Assembly (NCBI RefSeq): GCF_009914755.1
Contig: NC_060947.1
Reading direction: 5' to 3' (one strand)
Origin: the human T2T-CHM13v2.0 reference genome, Homo sapiens
Length of the DNA: 64,000 nt
Shown here: positions 20,028-41,400 of the stretch, in pieces
Position numbering within the stretch: the first letter of the stretch is position 1
Layout of the letters: each line of letters starts with the position of its first letter
Notes under the pieces: model-generated
Database searches by the model: none
What the model was told of the DNA's origin: nothing
The model's input: only the letters and a program-made list of their open reading frames with translations
Program-made: the position numbers and the translations under genes

Positions 20028-23000
20028 CTGAGCCAAGATGGCCAATTATATGCAGTCAGAAACAGCTTCTTCCACCAAAAGACCAGACTGTGAAGGAGAT
20101 TGGCACACTACAAATTGATCCTTGGAAAAAAGGCATTGAAAGTGGACAGATGGAGGATGGAGACCCAAGGCTGAAAGGGGAGGAAGCTGAGAATGCTGCA
20201 CAGGGGTACCAAGTACTAAGACTCATTCCTGGCCCAGAGCAGCTCCTGGGGAAGAGATGAGTGAAATAGGCATGGAGTGCCCCAAGGACATTTGGGCCAT
20301 GGACATTTGGAATCTTAGCTGCAGGAGACCTCATGATCTCCACGGACATTTGAGCTAGCAGGGAGAACTTCTCAGAGAGTTGGCAGAGACAGAAATCCAG
20401 CCTTCACAGAGCCCAGAGTATTTGGCACCAGAATGACTATAGTGGAGCATGGCCATGGTTACACATACCCCAAGGATCGCCATACTCCTCTAAGTAGCTT
20501 CATCCTTTGTTGGCTGCCAGACCTGGACAGAGTAGGGCTATCTTGCTCATAGGGTAGGGGTAGTATGATCTGAGGACCCCCTTGTTTGCTGGACTCTCCC
20601 AGGGTCCCTGCCTGGCCACACCTGCTTGCAGCACAGCCTCAGCTGCCCAGCCAAAGAACTTGCTAGCAGCCACCACCATAGCTCTTTCACCAGATGACCC
20701 TGCATAACAGTCGGAGAGCTTTTGTAGATAGACTGCCACTAGCATGCAGTTGCCTGCAGCCTCTCCCCACCACTTCACCAGTACATGTGCAAAGACCCTA
20801 CTGCCAACCCCCCACACCCCTGAAGTGCTTTTGCTGGCAGTCCCTATTGATGTGTTGTTGTCAGTATACTGGGAACACCTTGGTTCCTCCAGCACAGCAG
20901 GTCCTTAATCTTGAGGGACCAGTGAAAAAATTGTGGGCCTGGTCCCAGCCCACCAAGGTTAAAACACACAGCTCAGGAGGAGTGGGCTGAATCTCGGACC
21001 CCTGAAAGTATCCAGAAACAAAGTCAATTGACTAAACTTAAGTTATACCACAGTCAAACCCTCAAGGGCATCAAATAATATAAAAGCAAAAAGCCATATG
21101 CAAAGAACAGCAACATCAAACCTTAAAGGTACATCAGCCTACACAAACAAGAAAGAACCAGTGGGAGAGCTCTGACAACTCTAAAATCCAGAGTATCTTC
21201 TTATTGCCAAATGACCACACTAGCTCCCCAGGAATGACTCTTAACCAGATTGAAATAGTTGAAATGACAGACATAGAATTCAAAAATCTGTATGGCAACA
21301 AAGCTCATTGAAATTCAGGAGCAAGTTGAAACGCAATTCAAAGAAGCTCATGAATCCAATAAAATGATACAAGAGTTAAAGATAAAATAGCCCTTTTAAG
21401 AAAGAACCAAACTGATCTTCTAGAGCTGAAAAACTCTTTTCAAGAATTTCATAGTACAAATGGAAATATTAACAGCAGAATAGACCAAGGTGAGGAAAAA
21501 ATCTCAGAGCTCAAAGATCAGTTCTCAGAAATAACTCAGTCAGACAAAAATAAGGAAAAACATAAAGAAAGAACAAAACCTCCAAGAAATATGGGATTAT
21601 GTAAATAGACTGAACCCATGACTCATTGGCATCCCAGAAAGACAGGGAGAGAGAGCAAGCAACATGGAAAACATCAAGAACACAAGCCCATTCACAATAG
21701 CCACAACAAGAGTAAAATTCTTAGGAATACAGCTAGCAAGGGAGGTGGAAGATCTCTACAATGAGAATTACAAAACACTGCTCAAAGAAACCAGATATGA
21801 TATAAACAAATAGAAATACATTTTATGCTCCTGGAGGGGAAGAATCAATATTGTTAAAATGGCCATACTGCCCATTTACAGATTTAATGCTATTCCTATG
21901 AAACTACCAACAGCACTTTTCACAGAATTAAGAAAATCACTTCTAAAATTCATATGGCACCAGAAAAGAGCCTGAACACCCAAAGCAAACTAAGCAAAAA
22001 GAACAAAGCCGGAGGCATCACACTACTTTAAACTACAGTACAAAGCTAGAGTAACCAAACAGCATAATACAGGTACAAAAACAGACACATGGACCAATGA
22101 CACAGAATAGGGATTCCAGAAATAAATCTGCACACCTACAACCATCTGATATTCAACAAAGTCAACAGTAACAAGCCATGGAGAAGGGACTTCCTATTCA
22201 AAAAAATGGTGCTGAGATAACTGGCTAGTGCCATATGCAGAAGATTGAATCTGGACCCCATCCTTTCACCATCTACAAAAATAAACTCAAGATGAATGAA
22301 AGACTTAAACATAAGACCTAAAAGTAAAGAAAGCCTACGAGAAAACTTAGGAAATACCATTCTCGACATAGTACCTACCAAAGATTTCATGACGAAAACA
22401 TCAAAAGCAATTGCAGCAAAGCAAAAATTAACAATTGGGATCTAATTATACTAAAGAGCTTCCACACAGCAAAAGAAGCTATCAACAGAGTAAACAGACA
22501 ACCTATAGAATGGGAGAAAATATTTGCAAACTATACATCCAACAAAGGTCTAATATCCAGAATCTATAAGAAACTTAAATCAACATGCAAAAAAAAACCT
22601 GTTAAAAAAATGGGCAATGGACATGAACAGACACTTCTCAAAACAAGACATAGATGCAGCCAACAAACATACGAAAAAATGCTCAACATCACTAATCAGA
22701 GAAATGCAAGTCAAAACCACAGTGAGATACCATCTCACACCAGTAAAAATGGCTGTTATTAAAAAGTAACAAAAATAATAGATGTCGGCGAGGTTGCAAA
22801 AAGGGAACACTTATACCTTGCTGGTGGGAATGTGAGTTAGTTCAGCTACTGGAAAGCAGTTTGGAGATTTCTGAAAAAACATAAAACAGAACTACCATTT
22901 TACCCAAACAATCCCATTACTGGGTAAATACCCACAGGTGTATAAATTGTTCTTCTATAAAGACACATATACTCATGTGTTCATTGCAGCAAAATTCACA

Positions 23001-23445
23001 ATAGCAAAAACATGGAATCAACTCAGATGCTTGTCCATGGTGGACTGATAAAGAAAACATGGTATGTATACACTATTTGATACTAGGCAGCCATAAAAAA
23101 GCATTAAATAACGTCCTTGGCTGCAACATGTATGCAGTTGGAGGCCATTATCCTACGAAAATTAATGCAGGACCAGAAAATCAAATACTGCATGTTCTCA
23201 CTTGTAAATGGGAGCTAAACATTGGGTATATATGGACATAAAGATGGGAACAGTATACATTGGAGACTACCATAGGAGGTAGGGTGGAAGGGAGAGGATT
23301 GTGGGCTGAAAAACTACCTATTGGGCACTATACTCACTACCTCAGTGATGGAACCATTTGTACCCTAATCCTCAGCATCACACAATATACCCATGTAACA
23401 AACCTGCACATGTAGCCCCTGAATCCTCCCCACCCCCCAAAATTG
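20028..23445 (+). mobile_element. Older L1 (L1PA15-16/L1PB-like) with 5'UTR, partial ORF1, internal deletion, ORF2 3' half and 3'UTR
   Basis: Starts gagccaagatggcc; ORF1-like 21100-21672; jumps to ORF2 (caagaacacaagcccattcacaatagcc) at ~21673; 3'UTR ends ...aacctgcacatgtagcccctgaat. Confidence 0.85.
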
Positions 23446-23694
23446 AAGAAGAATCATTCTGAGGCCATAGACAAAAATGTAACTCCTATTCCAAACTCCT
23501 GCATTATTTCTCAGTTTGCTTTCTAGTTACCTGGCTCATTCACCATTGGTTGTGAACTCAGGTGTAGTTGTGGAAGAAAAAAAACTGCCTAAAGTTAATC
23601 TTTTTCTTAGTTCCATGTCAAGTGTTTTTTCTAAACTGGGCAATATTATCTTGTAATGCACTAGATAGTGCTGTTGAAAATTTTGGTAATAGCC

Positions 23695-25092
<1,398 letters not shown>

Positions 25093-25129
25093 GAGCCACA
25101 CTTGAAAGGTATTAGATAATTACCAGCAG

Positions 25130-25755
25130 GCCTTCCTACCACTATCAACTCTCAATCTATCTTGCTACAAACCCTTTCCGGAATAATTTTTTACACATTG
25201 TAGTTTTCAATTATGACATGTCTTCCTTAAAATCTTCAGTGATTTAGAATGCCTTCAGAATAACATCTAGACTTCTTGGCCTGATATTTAAGGCTCTCTA
25301 CAGTCTGGGTGCAATTTACCTTTCCAAGTTTCTCTCTCACTTCTCTCTTTTGTACACTGTATAGTTAGAAGAAACAACTATTTTAGTATGCCAGTGACAT
25401 GTGCCATAAGCTTTCCCACCTGGCTTTTTTCACTGTCTTTTTTTCTTCTTGAAATGGCCTTTCCTCCTTCCTGAAATGTCCTTTCCTCCTTCTTTGCATA
25501 TGCAAAAACTACTCATCATTCAGCTCAGATTACACTTTCTTGACTAAGTCTTCCCTCAGCCTCTTTCTGAAGTAATTTCTATCTTTGATGAACTTCTAGA
25601 GAAACTTAAATCTATCTTCCAAATCAATGATTTGTATATCTTATCTCCCAGACTATCTGGTTGATATATAAAAAAGCATCCCACACAGGGCCTAGCACAT
25701 ATGTATCTTGCCCATAAATGCTCAGTAAGTGTTGAGTGAATACTAAATTAATGAT
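25130..25755 (+). mobile_element. L2 3' fragment
   Basis: L2-like text (cttaaaatcttcagtg...aaggctctctacagtctgg) ending gggcctagcacat...aatgctcagtaagtgttgagtgaat. Confidence 0.55.
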
Positions 25756-25947
25756 AGGACAAGTTTAACATTTGAAGGTATTATTTGTCATTTAAAACTA
25801 TTTGGAGTTATCTTTTCATTCCAATATAAATTAAAATCTTTCCAATGTCAGAGTCTGAAGTTGCTGTGTAAGTAAAGTTGCTTCCTAATATATCAAGGAA
25901 ACTACTAAGTCATAAGGCTAACCATAATGTTAAAAAACACAGATAAT

Positions 25948-26077
25948 GTCAGTTGTGGTGGCACATGCTTGTAATCCTGGCTACTCAAGAGGCTGAGGCA
26001 GGAGGATTGCTTGAGCTCAGGAGTTTGAGACTAGCCTGGGCAAAACAGTGAGACCCTGTATCTAAAAAATAAAAAAT
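25948..26077 (+). mobile_element. FLAM (Alu monomer)
   Basis: Single monomer with ggaggattgcttgagctcaggagtttgagac and A-tail. Confidence 0.85.
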
Positions 26078-26781
26078 CCCACCCATATCATTGATATAGA
26101 CTAATCATTTGTCCATTACATGTTATAATTAAATCTGAAATTCTCACATCTTTGAAAGATGCTAAATAAAACTGATAAATAACTATAAAAATATACAAAG
26201 AAACAGATGGTCTATAGTCTCATTAATAACTTCCCAGTCCTTGCAGACCAAAATAAACTTTTCTAAAATTTCAATATTTAGGTTCAGTTGTTTATTTATA
26301 ATGAAGTCAACAATTTGTATTAAGCCATAAAAAGAAGATTGTAAAACTTTTAAGCAAGTAGTGAATCCTAGAATGGTAGAGATCATTTACTACAAGCCAC
26401 TCATTTCACAGATTATGGCTTTACTTGTATGAAACAGCATTTAATTTGTTTTTTAGAATTTACCGTGATCCCCCAATAATGTTACCCTCCACTAGATGAA
26501 TACAGAGAGTTTCTTTGGAAATATAAGATACTTAAGACCTCATCCCTGCCTTCAAGCAGCTCATTTTCTAGTGGGGGATAGGAATGATAGCCTAGAAGTG
26601 TGAAGAGGTTACAATACAGTATTGTAAAAGCCGTCTTAGCAGAAAACAAATGGGTTAATAAAAGCTAGCAACAAACATAAATAGAATTGATTTTATTTTC
26701 ATGAGAATAATGAAGTAAGTTACTTTGTTAAGATAACTGCAAGTTGAAAAAGCAAAGTTCATTTGGAAAATTCAGGTATAC

Positions 26782-26868
26782 CTCTTTCTGGCACTGGAGT
26801 ACCTTCACAAATGTTCCTTCTTATGGTGATCAATGCCTTTTACGGTGTAATATTAGAGGAAGCCCACG
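26782..26868 (-). other. CYSLTR1: Non-coding 5'UTR exon of CYSLTR1 (87 nt)
   Basis: Minus strand ...ccttttcaatcttatgatttcAG|cgtgggcttcctctaatattacaccg...gccagaaagag|GTatacc; joined to 17101 it gives gccagaaagaggcacaaagcagac, which I recall from the CYSLTR1 mRNA. No upstream ATG in the exon. Confidence 0.8.
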
Positions 26869-27710
26869 CTGAAATCATAAGATTGAAAAGGCAGTTAACA
26901 ACTGTAGAAGCAGTCCAGAAGGGTCATAAGAACTTAGCAGCCTTATGTATAGATCCAGAGTGTGTAATGGGGCATCAAATCTTTACTGACAGATTTAGGG
27001 CTAGTCACTGAATTCTGTGTCTCCTTCTTTTTTCTCCATCTGTTTTTACAGTCCCAGGGGGAAACTTGGAATACAGACAAGGGCTCATCACAGATGTTTG
27101 CTGCTGTGTGCATGTAGCATCTGTATCTAAAAATGAACACACTATTATAAAATATTCCTCTCTCTATGAAACCAGGGTATTTCCTCTATCTTCTCTTCTA
27201 AACACTTGGTTATAAAGTTAAGAGGGGAAGTAATTTGGAACTTTACATCCAGGGATCTGGATTGCTGGGAATAGGTGTTAGAACATTAAAAATATCAAGT
27301 ATATTGTCTGGGATGGCTTAGAAATAGTTTTCCTTAAAGGACGAATGGCTTAAAGAACCTTGCACTCTTCTCCTTATAAACTATAATAGCATATAATGTT
27401 TATATCACTAATTTGGCATATATTATATACTTTTGGAGATTAACTGTTTGTAGTTAACTTTTCATAAGCATATATCTCTTCTCTTCAATTAAATTATGTT
27501 CAATAATCTAACAAAGTATAATAAATCTCCAAGAGATGAGCAGAGATGGGCTTTCTTGAAGGAGGAGCAACTTGAATGCTTTTCTTCTAAGTTTTTGTTG
27601 TCCTATGGCAACTTTAATTCCTGCCTGCAAGGCCTCCAGAGGCTAGCTACTATTCCTTTATCTGTGGTCCAAGCGCTAACAAAATAAACACTTTCCTTCA
27701 GTTTATTCTT

Positions 27711-28029
27711 TTTTTAAAATTTTTAAAATTTTATTTATTTTAGACAGAGTCTCACTCTGCCCAGGCTGGAGTGGCTGGAGTGCAGTGGCGTGATCTCCAC
27801 TCACTCTGACCTCCGCCTCCCGGGTTCAAGCAATTCTCCTGCCTCAGCCTCCTGAGTAGCTGGGATTGCAGGCATACGCCACCACACCCAGCTAATTTTT
27901 GTATTTTTAGTAGAGATGAGGTTTCACCATGTTGGCCAGGCTGGTCTCGAACTCCCCGACCTCAGGTGATCTGCTCGCTTCAGCCTCCCAAAGTGCTGGG
28001 ACTGCAGGCATGAGCCACTACACCTGGCC
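27711..28029 (-). mobile_element. AluSx-like
   Basis: Reverse dimer; TSD ccttc(a/g)gtttattctt at 27695-27710 and 28030-28045; internal 9-bp duplication ggctggagt. Confidence 0.95.
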
Positions 28030-28087
28030 CCTTCGGTTTATTCTTAACCAGTAGAAACAGGCTGGAACTTTCTAAAAGAACTCTACT

Positions 28088-28141
28088 AAAAAAAAAAAAA
28101 AAAAGAAAAAAGGAAAATAAAAGAAATGCAAAAATAAAAAA
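28088..28141. repeat. A-rich tract
   Basis: Long A run with interspersed g/t; no attached element recognised. Confidence 0.8.
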
Positions 28142-28479
28142 TATAGTCTAGTGTTAAAAGTAGAAACCTGAATCTACAGCTGCAATATTGGAGTTCGAAC
28201 CCCCCTTGTACTCAGATAATCATTTCTTAGATCTTCTCCACTTTCTTCTCCCTCTCCAAATTGTTCCTTTTTCTCTAGGTAAGAAGTTGACATATGTAAC
28301 CTACTACAGTCTGGGTAAAGTTGCTGGTGTTGCTGGTGCAAAATTACTCAGAGTTGTCTTTTATATTTTGTCAATCAGGCAATAAACATATTTTTTTTAA
28401 GTTTGTTTAGCTTGTCCCGGGTCTCCGTACATCAATAAAGTTCTAGTGACTGAATGTTGAATGTATAAAAATCCTTTCT

Positions 28480-28772
28480 GGCTGGGTGCGGTGGCTCACG
28501 CTTGTAATCCCAGCACTTTGGGAGGCCGAGGCGGGCGGATCACGAGGTCAGGAGATAGGAACCACGGTGAAACCCCGTCTCTACTGAAAAATACAAAAAA
28601 TTAGCCGGGCATGGTGGCGGGCGCCTTTAGTCCCAGCTACTCGGAGAGGCTGAGGCAGGAGAATGGCGTGAACCCGGGAGGCGGAGCTTGCAGTGAGCCG
28701 AGATCGCGCCACTTCACTCCAGCCTGGGCTACAGAGCGAGACTCCGTCTCAAAAAAAAAAAAAAAAAAAAAA
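28480..28772 (+). mobile_element. AluY, Yd lineage (Yd3-like)
   Basis: 12-bp deletion in the left monomer (...gaaccacggtgaaacccc), CpG-rich, A22 tail, TSD aaaa(a/t)tcctttct at 28467-28479 and 28769-28781. Confidence 0.85.
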
Positions 28773-29499
28773 TTCCTTTCTGATCCTGAAATTATATGAT
28801 TCTACTCATCTGTGCAGAAAATTAACTTGGCTCTGTCCTGGTTTTGTGTTTAGACAAAGCTTATATTTTTCCCTAGCGTGGGACAAGAAAGAAAGTTTAT
28901 GAATTTCTAAGACCCACCTATGAGAAGTTTAATATTACCAGCTTAATGCACTATCTAGTTATCCATTTCCATGGTGGCTGTGCAATTACAATTTAGTCCA
29001 ATCTTTACATACACAAGCGAGTAAATGTCACATTGTCTGGGCAACCGTGTAGTATTTTTCAAGTTTGGGATTCTGAAGGGTCTTCTATGGTTCCTTTATG
29101 AATTAGCCTTGCACATAGTAGGCACTCAATATTTTCACTCCTTGCTTCTCTTTCCTTTTCAGTTCCTTGAGGACTCTTGTCTCTGACAGGAGCTCTGCCA
29201 ATACTGGGCTCTACCATTGTTATCTGGGTGATAGGGAGGGTAAAGGTGAGTTAATGAAGTCAAATGTGGTTGTATGATTTTGATTTTAATTGTTTAATTC
29301 ATGAACTACTCAGATCTTTTATTCGGCTCATGTTAAGTCCAATTCAGTTCAGGTTAACAAATATTTAAGAAGCCCCTATTCTTATAAGGAAGAGGATACT
29401 TTTTCTGCATCAGCCCTTAGCAGCTATTGAACCTATAACCTGGTCAAGCTCTAGTGTGCAAGGTAAATAAGAGAGCCCAGAGGTTTTCTAAGAATGTCA

Positions 29500-29624
29500 G
29501 GCCCCAGGTTAGTTGTGTAATCCCAGTGCTTCGGGAGGGTGAGATGGGAGGATTGCTTGAGGTCAGGAATTTGAGACAAGCATGGGCAGCACAGCAAGAC
29601 CACTCTACAAAAAATAAAAAAAAT
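29500..29624 (+). mobile_element. FLAM/AluJ left monomer
   Basis: Degenerate Alu monomer with A-tail. Confidence 0.75.
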
Positions 29625-30575
29625 GTTGCTGAATAGGATTTCATTATATAGATATACAAATTGTTTATACATTTACTCACTGATGGACATATGAGTTGCT
29701 TTCAAGTTTTGACTATTACAGATAAAGCTTCCACAAACATTTATGTACAAGTCTCTATATGGGCATGTTTTCACTTTTCTTGGGTAGCTGGATTACAAGG
29801 TAGGTGTATGTTAAACTTTTATTTTATTTTATTTTTATTATTACACTTTAAGTTTTAGGGTACATGTGCACAATGTGCAGGTTAGTTACATATGTATACA
29901 TGTGCTATGCTGGTGTGCTGCACCCGTTAACTCGTCATTTAGCATTAGGTATATCTCCTAATGCTATCCCTCCCCCCTCCCCACAACAGTCCCCAGAGTG
30001 TGATGTTCCCCTTCCTGTGTCCATATGTTCTCATTGTTCAATTCCCACCTATGAGTGAGAACATGCGGTGTTTAAACTTTTAAAAAAACTGACAAACAGC
30101 TTTTTAAGGTGAGTAATGTGGGTATACTACTTGGTATCCCCTCCATAGCTCCATATGCTAACACTTGGTATGGTCAGTCTTTTAAATTATATCCATCTAC
30201 TATGTGTGTTGTGATATCTCATTTTGATTTTGATTTGCGTGAATGATATTGAGCCCCTTTTCATGTGCTTATTTGCCATACATATATTTCCCTTGGTGAA
30301 ATGCTTATTCAAATATTTCACACATTTTTCATTGGTTGTTTATTTTCTTATTATTGTGTATGACAGTTCTTTATATGTTCTGGACACAATACCTACATCA
30401 AATATATGCTTTGCAAATATTTGCTACTATTTTATGGGTTGCGTTTTTATTCTCCTAACAGTGTCTTGCAAACAACAGAAGTTTTCATTGTGATAACATC
30501 CAATTTATCAACTTTTCTTTTATAGATTGTGATTTTGGTGCCATATCTAAGAAATTTTTGCTTTACTCAAAGTCA
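29625..30575 (-). mobile_element. Ancient L1M ORF2 3' fragment, interrupted by a young L1
   Basis: Degenerate L1 ORF2 end (tttgcaaatattt, atccaatttatcaac). Confidence 0.65.
29822..30071 (-). mobile_element. 250-bp 5'-truncated young L1 (L1PA2-3-like 3'UTR)
   Basis: Near-consensus 3'UTR; TSD ttaaactttta at 29811-29821 and 30072-30082. Confidence 0.9.
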
Positions 30576-30579
30576 CGAG

Positions 30580-31300
30580 GAAGTACTGATACATGCTACA
30601 ACATGTATCAACTCAAGAACATTTGCTAAATGGAAAAGCTATATGCAAAAGACCACATTTTGCTTATTCCATTTATCTGAAATATCCCAAAAAGACAAAC
30701 TATAGAGACAGGTGATAGTTGCCTGAATCCACACGTGGGAGCAGGGAGTAATTGCAACTGGACACAAAGGATCTTCTGGGGGTGGTGAAAGTGTTCTAAA
30801 ATTGCATTGTGGTGATGACTGCACAGTTCTGGAAATTTACTATAAATAATTGAATTGTACACTTACAATGGGCGAATTTTATGATGTATAAATTATACCT
30901 TTAAAACGCTGGAGTTTTTGCTAAAAATGAAATTATTGATACAGTCAACAATGTGGATGAATCTCAGAACAATTATACTGAGTGAAAGAAGCCAGACAAA
31001 AAAGAATCCATACTGTGTTATTCCATTTATATAAAATTCTAGATAAACTAGTGCATAGTGATGAAGAGCAAATCAGCAGATCCCTGGGAATAGGAACAGG
31101 GTAGGAAGGGGAGAGCCCATAACTAGAGACAGGAGGGAGAAATTACAAAGGGGATACTTTGGGGTGATGGATATATTCACTGTCTTGATTATGATGATGG
31201 TTTCATAAGTATATACATGTGTGAAAACTCATCAAATTGTGCACTTTAAATGTGTGCAGATTACTGCATGTCAGTTCTACCTCAGTACAGCTGTTTTTAA
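30580..31300 (+). mobile_element. Two tandem ancient L1M (MB/MC/MD) 3' ends (~30580-30905 and ~30925-31300)
   Basis: Each starts with tgatacatgctacaacatg / tgatacagtcaacaatgtggatgaatctc and ends with aattatacct / agttctacctca. Confidence 0.7.
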
Positions 31301-31377
31301 GGGACATGAATGGTAAGATAATTACAAAAAAAATTAGTTCTCTCAGAAAAAAACAAAGAACAAAAAAAAAATGATAA

Positions 31378-31547
31378 AATAATTAGCCATGTATGGCAGC
31401 ATAGTGCCTGTAGTCCTGGCTACTCAGAAGGCTCAGGCGGGGAGAATTACTTGAGCCCGTGAGGTCAAGGCTGCAGTGAGCCATAATTGTACCAGTGCAC
31501 TCCAGCCTGGTGACAGACTGAGACCTTGTCTCTTGAAAAAAAAAATA
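31378..31547 (+). mobile_element. FRAM/AluJ right monomer
   Basis: aattagcc...gaggtcaaggctgcagtgagcc...ttgtctc plus A-tail. Confidence 0.8.
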
Positions 31548-32292
31548 AGGTGCCAACACATATACCATACAACTATATTGTTGCTGCAATAGAATTGTAT
31601 GAACAAGAATCAATTATATACTATCGTGCTAAGTGAGGTCCAGGAACAGCTAGTGATCCAAAAGTGTCTCCAGGTAGTCCCCAGACTGGTATCTTCTACT
31701 AAGTGAAATTGTAATAATACTTCTTTTTTGTTTCTAGTGAAGTAGTAAGCCATTCTTGATCCTTTTAACCCAATTTTACATTTCTCTTCTTTGAAATGCC
31801 ACAGTATTTTGTCTGTACCTTTCTTGATAATTTCCATTTGTTGCTTTGTCATTAGTGTTCTCTGTGGTCATTCAATTTATGTTTTTAAATTTTTTTATTT
31901 TTCATTTCTGTGGGGACATAATAGCTGTATATATTTATAGGGTACATGAAATGTTTTGATACAGGCATGCAATGCATAATAATCACATCATGAAGAATGG
32001 GGTATCTTTCTCCTCAAGCATTTGTCCTTTGTGTTACAAACAATCCAATTTTACTCTTTTAGTTATTTAAAATGTACAAATAAATTATTATTCACTATAG
32101 TCACTCTGTTGTTCTGTCAAATACTGGGTCTTATTCATTCTCTCTAACTAATGTTTTTGTGTCCATCAACCATCCCCACCTCCTCTCACTACCCTTCCAA
32201 ACCTCTGGTAACCACCTTTCAACTGTCTATATCCATGAGTTAAATTGTTTTGATTTTTAGATCCCACAAATAAGTGGGAACATGCAATGTTT

Positions 32293-38451
<6,159 letters not shown>

Positions 38452-41400
38452 CAATGTTTATCTTTCTGTGCCTGGCTTATTTCACTTAAATAATGATCTT
38501 CTGTTCCATCCATGTTGTTGCAAATGACAGTATTAAAGTCATTATTTTATGCCTGAATAGTACTCCATTGTGTATATGTACCGTCTTTTTCTTTATCCAT
38601 TCAGCTGTTGATGGACCTTTAGGTTGTTCCCAGATATTGGCTATTGTGATAGTGCTGCCACAAACAGAAGTGCGGATATCTCTTTGATATCCTGATTTCC
38701 TTTTTTTTTTTTTTTGCGGGGGTGGGGTATATATCCAGCAGTGGGAGTGCCAGATCATATGGGAATTCTATTTTTGGTTTTTTGAGGAACCTCCAAACTG
38801 TTCTCCATAGTGGTTGTACTAATTTACATTCTTATCAACAGTATATAAGACATTCCTTTTCTTCACATTCTCACCAGCATTTGTTACTGCCTGTCTTTTG
38901 TATATAAACAATTTTGACTTGGGTGAGATGATACCTCATTGCAGTTTTGATTTGTATTTCTCTGATGATAAATGATGTTGAATGCCTTTTCATATGCCTA
39001 TTTAACATTTGTATGTCTTCTTTCGAGAAATGTCTTTTCAAATCTTTTGCCCATTTTTTGATTAAATTATTAGATTTCTTTTCCTATACAATTGTTTGAA
39101 CTCCTTATATATTATGGTTATAAATCTCTTGTCATATGGGTAGTTTGCAAATATTTTCTCCCAATCTGTGGGTTTTCTGTTCACTTTGTTGATTGTTTCC
39201 TTTGCTATGTAGAAGATTTTTAACTTGATAGTATCCCATTTGTCCATTTTTTGCTCTGGTTGCCTGTGCTTGTAGGGTATTACTCAATATTTTTTTTGCC
39301 CAGAACAATGTCCTGGAGCATTTCCCCAATGCTTTCTTGTAGTAGTTTCAAGCTTGAGGCCTTAGATTTAAGTCTTTAATCCATTTTGATTTGATTTTTG
39401 TATATGGTAAGAGATGGGGGTCACATTTTATTCTCCTGCCTATGGATATTTATTTTTACCAGCACCATTTGTTGAAGAGTGTGTCTTTTCCCCAGTGTAT
39501 GTTCTTGGCAACTTTGTTGAAAATGAGTTCACTATAGGTGAGTGATTGTGTTTCTGGGTTCTCTATTCTGTTCCGTTGGTCTGCCTGTCTGTTTTTATGC
39601 CAGTTCCATGCTGTTTTGGTTACTATGGTTTAATAGTATAATTTCAAGTTAGGTAATGTGATTCCTCCAGTTTTCTTATTTTGCTTAGGACAGCTTTGGC
39701 TATTCTGGGTCTGTTGTGTTTCCATATAAATTTTAGCATTGTTTTTTCTATTTCTGTGAAGAATGTCATTGATATTTTGATAGAAATTGCATTGAATCTA
39801 TAGACTGCTTTGGGTAGTATGGACATTTTAAAAATATTGATTATTCCAAAATATGAAAACGAAATATCTTTCTATTTTTTGGTATCCTCTTCAATTTCTT
39901 TCACCAGTATCTTATAGTTTTCTTATAGAAATCTTTCACTTCTTTGGTTAATTCCTAGGTATTTAATTTTATTTGTGGCTCTTGTAATAGGATTACTTTT
40001 AAAATTTCTTTTTCACATTGTTCACTGTTGGCTTATAGAAATGCTACTGATTTTTGTATGTTGATTTTGTATCCTGCAACTTTATGGAATTTATTTTTCA
40101 GTTCTAATGATTTTTTTGTGGAATCTTTAGGTTTTTCCAAATATAAGATTATATCATCTGCAAACAAGGATAAGTTGACTTATTCCTTTTTAACTTGGAT
40201 GTTCTTTATTTCTTTTTCTTTTCTGATTGCTCTAGCTAGGATTTCCAGTACTATGTTGAATAATTGTGGTGGAAGTGGGCATCCTTGTTTTGTTCCAGAT
40301 CTTAGAGGAAAGACTTTTAGTTTTTCCTCATTCAGTAAAATTCTAGCTGTGAGTCTGTTGTAATAGGGCTTTTATTACTTGAGGCATGTTTCTTTTATAC
40401 TTAGTTTTTTGAGAGTTTTGATCATGAAGGGATGCTGAATTCTACCAAAATATTTTTCAGCATAAAATTAAAATGATTATATGTTTTCTGTCTTTTATTC
40501 TCTTTATATGATGTAGCACATTGATTGATTTGTACATGTTGAACCATGAATTCCAGGGATAAATCCCACTTGGTCAAGATGAATGATCTTTGTAATGTAT
40601 TGTCAAATTTGGTTTGCTAGTATTTTATTGATGATTTTTGCATCAATACTCATCAGAGATATTGGCTTTTAGTTTTCTTTTTTGATGTATGTTTGTTTGG
40701 TTTTGGTATCAAGGTAATACTGGCCTCTTAGGATAAATTTGGAAGTGTTCCCTCCTCCTCTATTTTTTGAAATAGTTTGAAGATTGGTATGAGTTCTTTA
40801 AATGTTTGGTAGAATTCATCAGTAATGCCATCAGGTCTCAGGCTTTTCTTTACTGGTAAACTTTTTATTATAACTTCAAACTTGTTATTTGTTATTGATC
40901 TGTTCAGGTTTTGGGTTTCTTTCTGGTTCAATCTTGGTAGGTTGCACGTGTCTAGCAATTTGTCCATTACTTTTGGATTTTCCAATTTCATGACATATAC
41001 TTGCTTATAGTAGCCATTAATAATCCTTTGAATTTCTGCAGTATCAGTTGTAATGTCTCCTTTTTCATTTGTGATTTTATTTATTTGGATCTCTCTCTTT
41101 TCTTAGTCTAGCTCAAGGATTGTTAATTTTGCTTAACTTTTCAAAAAACTGATTTTTTGTTTCATTGATCTTTCATACTGTTTTTTCACTTCAATTTCAT
41201 TTATTTCTTATCTGATCTTTATTATTCTTTTTCTTCCACTAATTTGGGTTTGCTTTGCTCTTGCTTTTCTAGTTGTTTAAGATGCATTTTTAGATTGCTC
41301 ATTTGAAGTTTTCTGTTTTTTATAATGTAGGTGCTGGCAGCTATAAACCTCCCTCTTAGTATCACTTTCGCTATATCCCATAGGTTTTGGTATGTTGTGT

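Noticed and set aside
26763-27011. 82-aa plus-strand ORF over the 5'UTR exon
   Set aside because: Non-ATG start, antisense to the gene, no homology recognised.
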